From contig JAXGXQ010000002.1 of the NCBI GenBank assembly GCA_040772685.1, positions 170,094 through 234,093 of the forward strand: a stretch of DNA of 64,000 nt. The letters are read 5' to 3'. This document shows positions 56,647 to 64,000 of the stretch, in pieces (the stretch's first letter is position 1; every line of letters starts with the position of its first letter). This DNA is from Clostridia bacterium (GTDB lineage Bacteria > Bacillota > Clostridia > Saccharofermentanales > UBA5734). The position numbers and the translations under genes are program-made. Under the pieces are notes generated by a model, which did no database searches, was not told the DNA's origin, and worked only from the letters and a program-made list of their open reading frames with translations.

Positions 56647-56676
56647 ACGGGTTGCCAGCTGGCAGCCCGTTTTTTA
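56647..56676 (+). terminator. Rho-independent terminator after the transporter gene
   Basis: ACGGGTTGCC-AGCT-GGCAGCCCGT stem followed by TTTTT. Confidence 0.8.
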
Positions 56677-56754
56677 GTGAAAAATCAGTCCAACCGCATA
56701 GCGAGCGACTGAATCATATTGATATTTTGCTGCAGAGGTTTTGCTGCAGAAGTA

Positions 56755-57768
56755 TCACCCCGGCATTTGCAGCCCTGTAACAGCTGCCGTCAGCGATTCC
56801 GTATCCTCAACCGGCCAGCAGGAAACCTGCGGCGCGATCTTTCTAATTAATCCTGTGAGCACTTTGCCGCTGCCGCATTCCACAAAAGCGGTGCAGCCGG
56901 TTGCGATTAATGCTTCAACCTCTTGTCGCCAGAGCACTGGGCTAAGCATATGCTCAGACAGATAAGCAGGCATATCAGCTTCAGCCGGCAGGGGAGCGGC
57001 AGTCTTATTGCTAAAGACAAGACCTTGACCGGGCAGAAAATTGAATTCAGCTGCAAACGCGCGCAGAGGCTCAGCGGCCGGAGACATCAACCTGGTATGG
57101 AAAGCGCCGCTGACTGACAACGGCACAATGCGCCGGGCGCCGGCAGCTTTCAACGGTTCAGCTGCAGCCGCTACTGCTGCTGCTTCGCCGGCAATTACCA
57201 TTTGGCCGGGGGCATTATCGTTCACCGCGTAAACCCTGCCGGCAAGCTCAGGTTTGCTCAATATTTCGCCAAAGGCCGCTGCCGGCAACCCAATGACAGC
57301 TGCCATTGCGCCTGATTCCTGCGCTGAAGCCTGTTGCATCAGCTCGGCACGCCGCGCAACCAATCGCACTGTATCCTCCAGACTGAGTCGGCCGGCGGCA
57401 CAAAGCGCACTGTATTCTCCCAGCGAGAAACCGGCATAGGCTGTTTTAGCTGAAGCTTTTATTTTCGCGGTGTCTGCCGCGCTTGCTGCTTCCACCGCTC
57501 TCGCCACTCCTGCTGCCCTCGATCCATTTGCTGCTTTCTTTGCCAGCTCTTTTGTAACTGCAGTATAAGCTGCCAGACTATGGGCAACTATCGCCAACTG
57601 CGCGTAGCGTGTTTGCGTCAGCGCCTCAGCGTCAAGGTTCAGCAGGTCAACACCGGCTGACTTGGAAGCAGCCGCCATTACTTCAGCAGCGGCCGGATTG
57701 GCATGGCAAAGCTCCTGACCCATGCCGACTTTCTGTGAACCTTGCCCGGGAAATACAAATGCGATCAT
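56755..57768 (-). CDS. fabD: Malonyl-CoA:ACP transacylase with a ~35-aa Ala/Lys-rich insertion
   Basis: Blocks FVFPGQGSQ, GFSLGEYSAL (nucleophile elbow), VSGAFHT. AGGAG RBS. The insertion is encoded at 57442-57552. Confidence 0.88.
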   Translation of the reverse strand: MIAFVFPGQGSQKVGMGQELCHANPAAAEVMAAASKSAGVDLLNLDAEALTQTRYAQLAIVAHSLAAYTAVTKELAKKAANGSRAAGVARAVEAASAADTAKIKASAKTAYAGFSLGEYSALCAAGRLSLEDTVRLVARRAELMQQASAQESGAMAAVIGLPAAAFGEILSKPELAGRVYAVNDNAPGQMVIAGEAAAVAAAAEPLKAAGARRIVPLSVSGAFHTRLMSPAAEPLRAFAAEFNFLPGQGLVFSNKTAAPLPAEADMPAYLSEHMLSPVLWRQEVEALIATGCTAFVECGSGKVLTGLIRKIAPQVSCWPVEDTESLTAAVTGLQMPG

Positions 57769-57800
57769 AAAGCGAACTCCTGATAATTTCTAAATTCAGT

Positions 57801-57831
57801 CACCTGCCCCAATTGAGGCAGGTGTATTTTT
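57801..57831 (+). other. 8-bp GC-rich hairpin CACCTGCC-N8-GGCAGGTG followed by TATTTTT, in the fabD/fabH divergent region
   Basis: Read directly. Terminator-like on the plus strand although no plus-strand gene precedes it. On the minus strand it would lie in the fabD leader. Confidence 0.4.
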
Positions 57832-57886
57832 CTTGACAGTTGAGATCATCTCAGTTATCCTGAATGTGATTTGACGATCAAACTAT

Positions 57887-57916
57887 TTGACAATCATAAT
57901 AATATGATTATATAGA
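57887..57916 (+). promoter_or_regulatory. Candidate fabH-operon promoter whose spacer is an 18-bp palindrome (candidate operator)
   Basis: TTGACA 57887-57892; AATCATAATAATATGATT 57892-57909 (ATCATA/TATGAT arms); TATAGA 57911-57916. A second TTGACA at 57833-57838 is followed by the palindrome TGAGATCATCTCA (57841-57853). Confidence 0.45.
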
Positions 57917-57958
57917 ATCTTGTTTGAAATGCAACGCACAGATTCAGTTGGAGGCATT

Positions 57959-59002
57959 ATGCGGCCAATGCGCATCCTCGGCTCCGGCTCTTATTTGCCG
58001 GAGATGACCATAGATAACAACCAGATGTCGGAAATTGTTGAAACCAGCGATGCTTGGATTCTCAGCCGCACCGGTATTTCCAGCCGTCATCTTTCCAGCG
58101 GCGAAGGCACAACAGATATGGGTGAAGCAGCTGCACGACATGCGCTTGGTGCTGCCGGGATTGCGGCTGCAGACCTTGGCGCCATAATAGTTTCCACCGT
58201 GACGCCGGACCACTTTACCCCCTCGACGTCCTGCGAAATCCAAGCCCGGATCGGCGCTGACAACGCTTTTTGCTTTGATGTTAACGCTGCCTGCACGGGT
58301 TTTGTTTATGCCCTCGACATCGCTTCCCGTTACCTGCTGGATCCGGAAATCGGACCAATTCTGATAGTGAGCACTGAAGCCCTAAACAAAATTGTTGATT
58401 ATTCTGACCGCACCACCTGTGTGCTCTTTGGCGACGCGGCCGGTGCTGTTATTGTTGATCGCGCTCCAGATACAGCTGCGGGTTCAGCTGCGTCTTCAAC
58501 TGTTGGTGCTACTGCTGGCTCGGCGATGCTGGCCAGCTATCTGCGCGCTGAAGGCAAAAACGCTGATTCTTTGGTCAGCTCAGCCTTGCCGGTCTCGCAC
58601 CCTTTTCTGAAAAAAGATCATACAGCAATTGACAGCTATAGCAATGCCAACGGCCATTTTCTGGTGATGAATGGTCAAGAAGTTTACCGCTTTGCTATTC
58701 GTGCCTTAGCGGAATCCGTCGAAGCTGCTGCTGCCAGCGCGGGCATGGAAGTGAGCGAGCTGGACTGGATTGTTCCGCATCAGGCTAATCTGCGGATTCT
58801 CGACGCAGCCAGCCGCAGGCTCAAAGTTGACCAACAAAAAATTGTTTCCCGTATTCGTGATCTTGGTAACACCTCCTCGGCCAGTATTCCGGTTTGCCTG
58901 GATGAAATGATTCGCGATGGCCGCCTGCAGCGCGGCCAGACAGTAGCAGTAACCGGTTTTGGCGGTGGACTTACCTACGGTTGCGTTATCTTCCGTTATT
59001 AA
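57959..59002 (+). CDS. fabH: 3-oxoacyl-ACP synthase III with a ~20-aa Ala/Ser/Thr-rich insertion
   Basis: Catalytic Cys block NAACTGF, plus HQANLRI and GNTSSAS. The start at 57959 or 57968 is ambiguous. The insertion is encoded at ~58460-58525. Confidence 0.88.
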   Translation: MRPMRILGSGSYLPEMTIDNNQMSEIVETSDAWILSRTGISSRHLSSGEGTTDMGEAAARHALGAAGIAAADLGAIIVSTVTPDHFTPSTSCEIQARIGADNAFCFDVNAACTGFVYALDIASRYLLDPEIGPILIVSTEALNKIVDYSDRTTCVLFGDAAGAVIVDRAPDTAAGSAASSTVGATAGSAMLASYLRAEGKNADSLVSSALPVSHPFLKKDHTAIDSYSNANGHFLVMNGQEVYRFAIRALAESVEAAAASAGMEVSELDWIVPHQANLRILDAASRRLKVDQQKIVSRIRDLGNTSSASIPVCLDEMIRDGRLQRGQTVAVTGFGGGLTYGCVIFRY

Positions 59003-59066
59003 ATAATTCTCGAATTCTAATAGCGTGCAACAAGGCGCTTGGCTCCTATAAGAAAGGAAATAAATT

Positions 59067-60014
59067 ATGAGTTCAAATAGAATCTGTCAGCTTCTTAAAA
59101 CCGAATATCCGCTTATTCAAGGCGGTATGGCCTGGGTTGCCAACGCCACACTGGCAGCAGCCGTTTCCAATGGCGGCGGCCTTGGCCTCGTTGGCGCCGG
59201 TTCCATGACAGCTGAGCTGTTGCGCGCTGAAATTCGCAAAACCAAAGCTCTGACTGATAAGCCGTTTGGTGTCAATATCATGCTGATGAACCCGGCTGTG
59301 GATGAACTTGCTCAGGTTGTAATCGATGAAGGCGTAAATGTTGTGACCACCGGCGCCGGTTCTCCCGGCAAATATATCGCTGCCTGGAAAGAAGCGGGTA
59401 TTGTTGTGATTCCGGTAATTCCTTCTGTTGCTTATGCCAAACGCATGGAAAAACTCGGCGCCGATGCACTGGTTGCAGAAGGTACTGAAGCCGGCGGCCA
59501 TATCGGCGAACTTACCACGATGGTACTGATTCCGCAAATAGCCGATGCTGTAAGCATTCCTGTTATTGCTGCCGGCGGTGTTGCTGACGGGCGCGGCGTA
59601 GCGGCAGCGTTTATGCTGGGTGCAGAAGGGGTTCAACTGGGCACGCGCTTCCTGGCCTGTGAGGAATGCTGCATTCACGATCAATACAAACAACTGGTCG
59701 TCAAAGCGCGCGATATCGATACAATCGTCACCGGCCGCAGCGGTGGTCATCCTGTACGTGTCTTAAAAAACAAACTTGCCCGTAATCTGATTGAGCTGGA
59801 AAAGCAAGGCGCAACCTTCGAAGAAATGGAAAACATTACAGTCGGCTCACTGCGTAAGGCCGTGCAGGAAGGCTGCCTCGAAGAAGGCTCTTTCATGGCC
59901 GGACAATCTGCCGGCTTGGTTCAAACCATCCAGCCGGCGGCTGAAATCATCCGCGGTTTGTTTGCCGAAGCAGCGAATCTGCTTCAGGCTAAGGGACCGG
60001 AGGTGCTGAAATGA
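59067..60014 (+). CDS. fabK: Enoyl-ACP reductase II (FMN-dependent, NMO-family)
   Basis: Blocks IQGGMAWV, GAGSPGKY, EAGGHIG and AAGGVADGRG; located between fabH and fabG. Confidence 0.85.
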   Translation: MSSNRICQLLKTEYPLIQGGMAWVANATLAAAVSNGGGLGLVGAGSMTAELLRAEIRKTKALTDKPFGVNIMLMNPAVDELAQVVIDEGVNVVTTGAGSPGKYIAAWKEAGIVVIPVIPSVAYAKRMEKLGADALVAEGTEAGGHIGELTTMVLIPQIADAVSIPVIAAGGVADGRGVAAAFMLGAEGVQLGTRFLACEECCIHDQYKQLVVKARDIDTIVTGRSGGHPVRVLKNKLARNLIELEKQGATFEEMENITVGSLRKAVQEGCLEEGSFMAGQSAGLVQTIQPAAEIIRGLFAEAANLLQAKGPEVLK

Positions 60015-60739
60015 TCGCACTGGTAACAGGCGGTTCGCGTGGTATTGGCGCCGCTATCGCCAAACAGCTGGCGGAAGCCGGCCACGATGTTGTTTTGACT
60101 TATCGCAGCGGAGGCGACACGGCTGAAGCTACGGCTGAACTCTGCCGTGCCTGCGGCGTTCAAGCGCTGGCATTGCAGGCGGATATCGCCAGCGAAGCAG
60201 CCAGTGAAGCTTTGGTTAGCAGAATCCGTTCTGAGCTGGGACCAATCAGCATTCTGGTAAATAACGCCGGAGTTAATCGTGATGGACTGATGATGCGGAT
60301 GAAAACAGAACAATTTTCTGAAGTCATTGAAACCAATCTGACAGGGGCGTTTATCCTCAGTCGTCTGGTAGTGCCAGACATGATGAAAGCGCGCCATGGC
60401 CGAATTATTAATATCACCTCAGTTGCCGGCATTTACGGCAACGCAGGGCAAGCCAATTACAGTGCCGCCAAAGCCGGGCTTATCGGCCTGACCAAATCCA
60501 TGTCTCGCGAGCTGGGGAGTCGCAACATTACGGTTAACGCAGTCGCCCCCGGCTTTATCGACACCGATATGACCGCGGCGTTGCCGGAAAAACTGCGCGC
60601 CGGCGCGCTTGAACGCATCTCCTTAGGCCGTTTTGGTGAACCTGCTGATGTTGCCGGGCTTGTCGCTTTTCTGGCTTCGGATGCAGCTGGTTATATTACC
60701 GGCCAAGTGGTTGAGGTGAGCGGCGGCTTAAGTTTATAA
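60011..60739 (+). CDS. fabG: 3-oxoacyl-ACP reductase
   Basis: Blocks TGGSRGIG, NNAG, YSAAKAG, PGFIDTDM; ATGA overlap with fabK. Confidence 0.9.
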   Translation: MIALVTGGSRGIGAAIAKQLAEAGHDVVLTYRSGGDTAEATAELCRACGVQALALQADIASEAASEALVSRIRSELGPISILVNNAGVNRDGLMMRMKTEQFSEVIETNLTGAFILSRLVVPDMMKARHGRIINITSVAGIYGNAGQANYSAAKAGLIGLTKSMSRELGSRNITVNAVAPGFIDTDMTAALPEKLRAGALERISLGRFGEPADVAGLVAFLASDAAGYITGQVVEVSGGLSL

Positions 60740-60833
60740 GCCGGATCTTGGCATCACTGCTGGTACTACAGCATCACTGCTTGTGATGAAACTAGAATTG
60801 TTGAAACTATTGAATTTAGGAGTGAATCCAGAA

Positions 60834-62087
60834 ATGAAAACCAATCCTGATTCTCGTCGCGTTGTGATCACCGGAATGGGCGTTGTCAGCCCCGTCGGCC
60901 ATGATACTGCTGCCTTTTGGCATAGTCTGGTAAACGGTGTTTCCGGCATCCGGACTTTGACTAAGCCTGAGCTTGCTTATGAAAAGGTGCATGTTGCCGC
61001 CACTGTCGAGGATTTTGATCCTCTGCAGTATTTTGAGCGCAAGGAAGCCCGGCGGTTGGATCGCTATTGTCAGTTTGCCCTGGTTGCTGCCCGCGAAGCT
61101 GTGGCACAAGCCGACGGCCTGATGTCGGCATACGAACCCGAGCGCGTTGGAACTATAATCGGCAGCGGTGTTGGTGGCCTGCAAACTATTGAAAATGAAT
61201 ATACCAAATTGTTTCAGGGCGGCATGGGCCGTATCTCGCCGCTGTTTATCCCGATGATGATCAGCAATATGGCCGCCGGCCATGTCTCGATGGCTCATGG
61301 CACCAAAGGCCCCAGTTATTGCGTTACCACAGCTTGTGCTTCCGGCACTCACTCAATTGGCGATGCCTTCCGCCTGATCAAGCACGGTTATGCGGATGCC
61401 TGTATCGCCGGCGGTTGTGAAGCGCCTCTGACCACAATTGCTGTTGCCGGTTTTGCCAACATGACTGCGCTCAGCAATCAGCAGGATCCGGCTCGCGCTT
61501 CGATTCCTTTTGATAATCGCCGCGACGGTTTTGTTATCGGCGAGGGTGCCGGCGTGCTTGTGCTGGAGAATCTGGAATCAGCAAAAAAACGCGGTGCCAA
61601 CATCATCTGCGAGATTGCCGGCTACGGCTCCACTTCTGATGCTTACCACATCACCAGCCCCGATCCGGAAGGACGCGGTGCAGCCGAGGCCATGCGCCTG
61701 GCGATAGCTGAGGCAGGTTTGACCCCGGAAGATGTTGACTATATTAATGCGCACGGTACCAGCACGCCGCTGAATGACAAATACGAAACGATCGCGATTC
61801 ATTCCGCTTTGGCAGCCGCCGCTGAAAAAGTCGCGGTCAGTTCAACTAAATCGATGGTTGGCCATCTACTGGGCGCAGCTGGAGCCGTTGAAGCTATCGC
61901 CTCGGCTTTAGCTATTCGAGACGGCATCATACCGCCGACAATTGGTTTACTGGAAGCTGACCCGGAATGCGATCTGGATTATGTGCCGAACACTGCCCGC
62001 CATACTCCGGTGCGGGTCGCCCTCAGCAATTCACTGGGCTTCGGCGGTCATAACGCCACTCTGCTGCTGCGCAGCCTGGAGGACTGA
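60834..62087 (+). CDS. fabF: 3-oxoacyl-ACP synthase II
   Basis: Blocks RRVVITGMG, TACASGTH, NAHGTSTPLND, GHLLGAAG. Start at ATG 60834 (AGGAG RBS) rather than 60783. Confidence 0.9.
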   Translation: MKTNPDSRRVVITGMGVVSPVGHDTAAFWHSLVNGVSGIRTLTKPELAYEKVHVAATVEDFDPLQYFERKEARRLDRYCQFALVAAREAVAQADGLMSAYEPERVGTIIGSGVGGLQTIENEYTKLFQGGMGRISPLFIPMMISNMAAGHVSMAHGTKGPSYCVTTACASGTHSIGDAFRLIKHGYADACIAGGCEAPLTTIAVAGFANMTALSNQQDPARASIPFDNRRDGFVIGEGAGVLVLENLESAKKRGANIICEIAGYGSTSDAYHITSPDPEGRGAAEAMRLAIAEAGLTPEDVDYINAHGTSTPLNDKYETIAIHSALAAAAEKVAVSSTKSMVGHLLGAAGAVEAIASALAIRDGIIPPTIGLLEADPECDLDYVPNTARHTPVRVALSNSLGFGGHNATLLLRSLED

Positions 62088-62089
62088 TT

Positions 62090-62641
62090 ATGGATCTACA
62101 AGCAATTCTGGCTCTGATGCAGGAAATGAAAACCAGCGGTATAGAAAACCTGGAATGGGAAGCTGACGGCCACTCACTGCGTCTGACCCGCCCTGTACCG
62201 GCGCAAGCCGCAACCGGTGCTGCCTGCACAGAATCTGCACCTGGTGCTAAGGCCAACGCAACCGTTGCCGGAGCCGCTGTTGCTAACACGGAAAGCAATA
62301 CTGCTGCCGCCAATGTTACTTCTTCCTCAGTTTCTGCAATGGGCGCAGCCTCCGCTGCTGCTGCTGAAGACCCAGCTGCTGCCGCTGCTGTTGAGCCTGC
62401 CGGCCGTCTGATCTGTTCACCGGTTGTTGGTGTTTTCTACGCTGCCGCTGCGCCTGACCAGGATCCTTTTGTCAGTCAGGGGAGTGTGGTCGCTGCAGGT
62501 GCTCCTCTGGGTATTATTGAGGCGATGAAGCTGATGAATGAAGTTACCAGCCCCGTCGACGGCGTTGTAATTGAAATACTGGTGGATAACGGCCAGCGGG
62601 TTGAATATGGTCAGCCGCTGTTCCGGATCGAGGAGAACTAA
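62090..62641 (+). CDS. accB: Biotin carboxyl carrier protein of acetyl-CoA carboxylase
   Basis: Ala-rich linker and biotinyl-lysine motif IEAMKLMNE. Confidence 0.88.
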   Translation: MDLQAILALMQEMKTSGIENLEWEADGHSLRLTRPVPAQAATGAACTESAPGAKANATVAGAAVANTESNTAAANVTSSSVSAMGAASAAAAEDPAAAAAVEPAGRLICSPVVGVFYAAAAPDQDPFVSQGSVVAAGAPLGIIEAMKLMNEVTSPVDGVVIEILVDNGQRVEYGQPLFRIEEN

Positions 62642-62643
62642 AC

Positions 62644-63072
62644 ATGATTATGGACCAGGAAGCCATCAAAAAGATAATTCCGCACCGTGATCCTTTTTTA
62701 TTGATAGACAGCGTGCTGGAACTTTCGTCTGAACACGTTGTGGCTCTAAAGCAAGTGACTGGCGAGGAAGATTTCTTCCGCGGCCATTTTCCCGAATACC
62801 CGGTAATGCCCGGAGTCCTGATTGTCGAAGCACTCGCCCAGGCCGGTGCTGTCAGCATTCTCAGCCGCCCGGAATTCGCCGGTAAAATCGCTTTTTTCGG
62901 TGGTCTCGACAAAGTTCGCTTCAAGCGTCAGGTTCGCCCCGGCGACACTCTGCGTCTGGAAGTCCAGATCACCCGGCTGCGCGGTCCTGTCGGCTTTGGT
63001 GAAGGCAAGGCTTATGTTGGTGAAGAGCTGGCTTGCCAGGCTTCGCTGATGTTCGCTGTTCAGCGTGACTGA
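62644..63072 (+). CDS. fabZ: 3-hydroxyacyl-ACP dehydratase
   Basis: HRDPFLLID and [20 protein letters not shown]. Confidence 0.9.
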   Translation: MIMDQEAIKKIIPHRDPFLLIDSVLELSSEHVVALKQVTGEEDFFRGHFPEYPVMPGVLIVEALAQAGAVSILSRPEFAGKIAFFGGLDKVRFKRQVRPGDTLRLEVQITRLRGPVGFGEGKAYVGEELACQASLMFAVQRD

Positions 63073-63084
63073 CGGAGAAACAAA

Positions 63085-64000
63085 ATGTTCAACAAAATTC
63101 TGATCGCCAACCGCGGTGAAATCGCAGTCACAATAATCAGAGCCTGCCGTGATTTAGGTATCCGCACAGTCGCGGTTTTTTCTGAAACCGACCGGCTCGC
63201 TTTGCATGCTCAGCTTGCTGACGAGCGCATCTGCATCGGTCCGGCTGCATCGCGCGACAGCTATTTAAATGCCCAGGCAATTTTAACTGCCTGCACCATA
63301 ACCGGTGCCGAGGCGATCCATCCCGGCTTTGGCTTTTTGTCTGAAAACGCTGCCTTCGCCCGCATGTGCGAGAAGTGCGGCATTACTTTTATCGGACCAC
63401 GACCGGAAACAATCGAACAGATGGGTGACAAAGCAACTGCCCGCAAGACTGCTACTGCTGCGGGAGTGCCGGTTGTGCCTGGTTCCACTGGCATCATCGA
63501 TTCTCTTTCCGATGCATTACGTGCCGCTGAGGAAATCGGGTACCCAATCATGATCAAAGCCTCATCCGGCGGAGGTGGCCGTGGCATGCGCATTGCCACT
63601 GACGCGGAGGAGCTGCCGGCCATGCTGGCGACTGCCAAAGCTGAAGCCCGCGCCTGTTTTGGTGACGATCGCGTTTATCTGGAACGCTTTTTGAAAAACC
63701 CGCGCCATGTCGAGGTGCAGCTCTTGGCCGATCAACACGGCCGGGTTGTGCATCTGGGAGACCGCGACTGCTCAATTCAACGCCGTAATCAGAAGCTGTT
63801 GGAAGAAGCGCTGGCACCTGCCAGCAACGCAGAGCTGCGCTTGCAAATGGGCACCGCTGCAGTGCGTCTGGCTGAATCTGTCGGCTACGAAGGTGCCGGA
63901 ACGATTGAGTTTCTGGTCGATTCCGACAATCGTTTCTACTTTATGGAAATGAATACCCGCATTCAGGTTGAGCATCCGGTTACGGAAGCGATTACCGGCG
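63085..64000 (+). CDS. accC: Biotin carboxylase (5' ~305 codons; continues past the window end)
   Basis: Absent from the ORF track because no stop is reached. ATG 63085 follows GGAGA. Reads [15 protein letters not shown]..., [39 protein letters not shown]. Confidence 0.9.
   Translation, partial: MFNKILIANRGEIAVTIIRACRDLGIRTVAVFSETDRLALHAQLADERICIGPAASRDSYLNAQAILTACTITGAEAIHPGFGFLSENAAFARMCEKCGITFIGPRPETIEQMGDKATARKTATAAGVPVVPGSTGIIDSLSDALRAAEEIGYPIMIKASSGGGGRGMRIATDAEELPAMLATAKAEARACFGDDRVYLERFLKNPRHVEVQLLADQHGRVVHLGDRDCSIQRRNQKLLEEALAPASNAELRLQMGTAAVRLAESVGYEGAGTIEFLVDSDNRFYFMEMNTRIQVEHPVTEAITG

Noticed and set aside
59073-59750. 225-aa minus-strand ORF across fabK, plus 178 aa at 60816-61352 across fabF, 152 aa at 9190-9648 across pntB and 155 aa at 12118-12585 across the PLP gene
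   Set aside because: Antisense to genes with clear family motifs. They are typical open antisense frames in GC-richer coding sequence.

Overview
Firmicute-type chromosomal window: Shine-Dalgarno-led genes, a fabK-type FAS II cluster, and lipobox proteins with Thr/Ala-rich linkers. It falls into four blocks. (i) 1-20.6 kb holds two paralogous LivHMGF-like (HAAT) ABC importers linked to sugar-acid/hydroxy-acid dehydrogenases rather than amino-acid enzymes, separated by AsnC-pntAA-pntAB-pntB. A YiaK/DlgD-like dehydrogenase gene occurs twice, and about 0.9 kb of it is near-identical at the DNA level, which looks like a gene-conversion tract. (ii) 21-37.3 kb is a continuous tract in which almost every gene is broken: sdaAB, a URO-D/MtaA-family gene, an rbsA-C-B-like sugar ABC operon, a cyclase, a sugar-phosphate isomerase, a YesN/YesM-like two-component pair, an internally deleted IS110 transposase and a truncated PLD-like/SNF2 helicase. 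(iii) 37.4-45.8 kb carries mixed accessory genes (SWIM protein, serine hydrolase, PlsC-like acyltransferase, flavodoxin-like protein, zinc-ribbon membrane protein, Na/Pi-PhoU transporter) and ends at tRNA-Ser(CGA). (iv) 45.9-64 kb starts with a two-gene operon I cannot assign to any family: a 3-TM protein with a ~365-aa helical tail plus a 404-aa partner with overlapping stop/start. This is my best candidate for an undescribed system. It is followed by an M29 aminopeptidase, a LysR regulator with an SDR/split-transketolase/Zn-ADH/GPH-transporter operon, and fabD <> fabH-fabK-fabG-fabF-accB-fabZ-accC (accC runs off the right edge). I saw no rRNA, CRISPR array or intact prophage. All family calls come from motifs read by eye; no database search was run.
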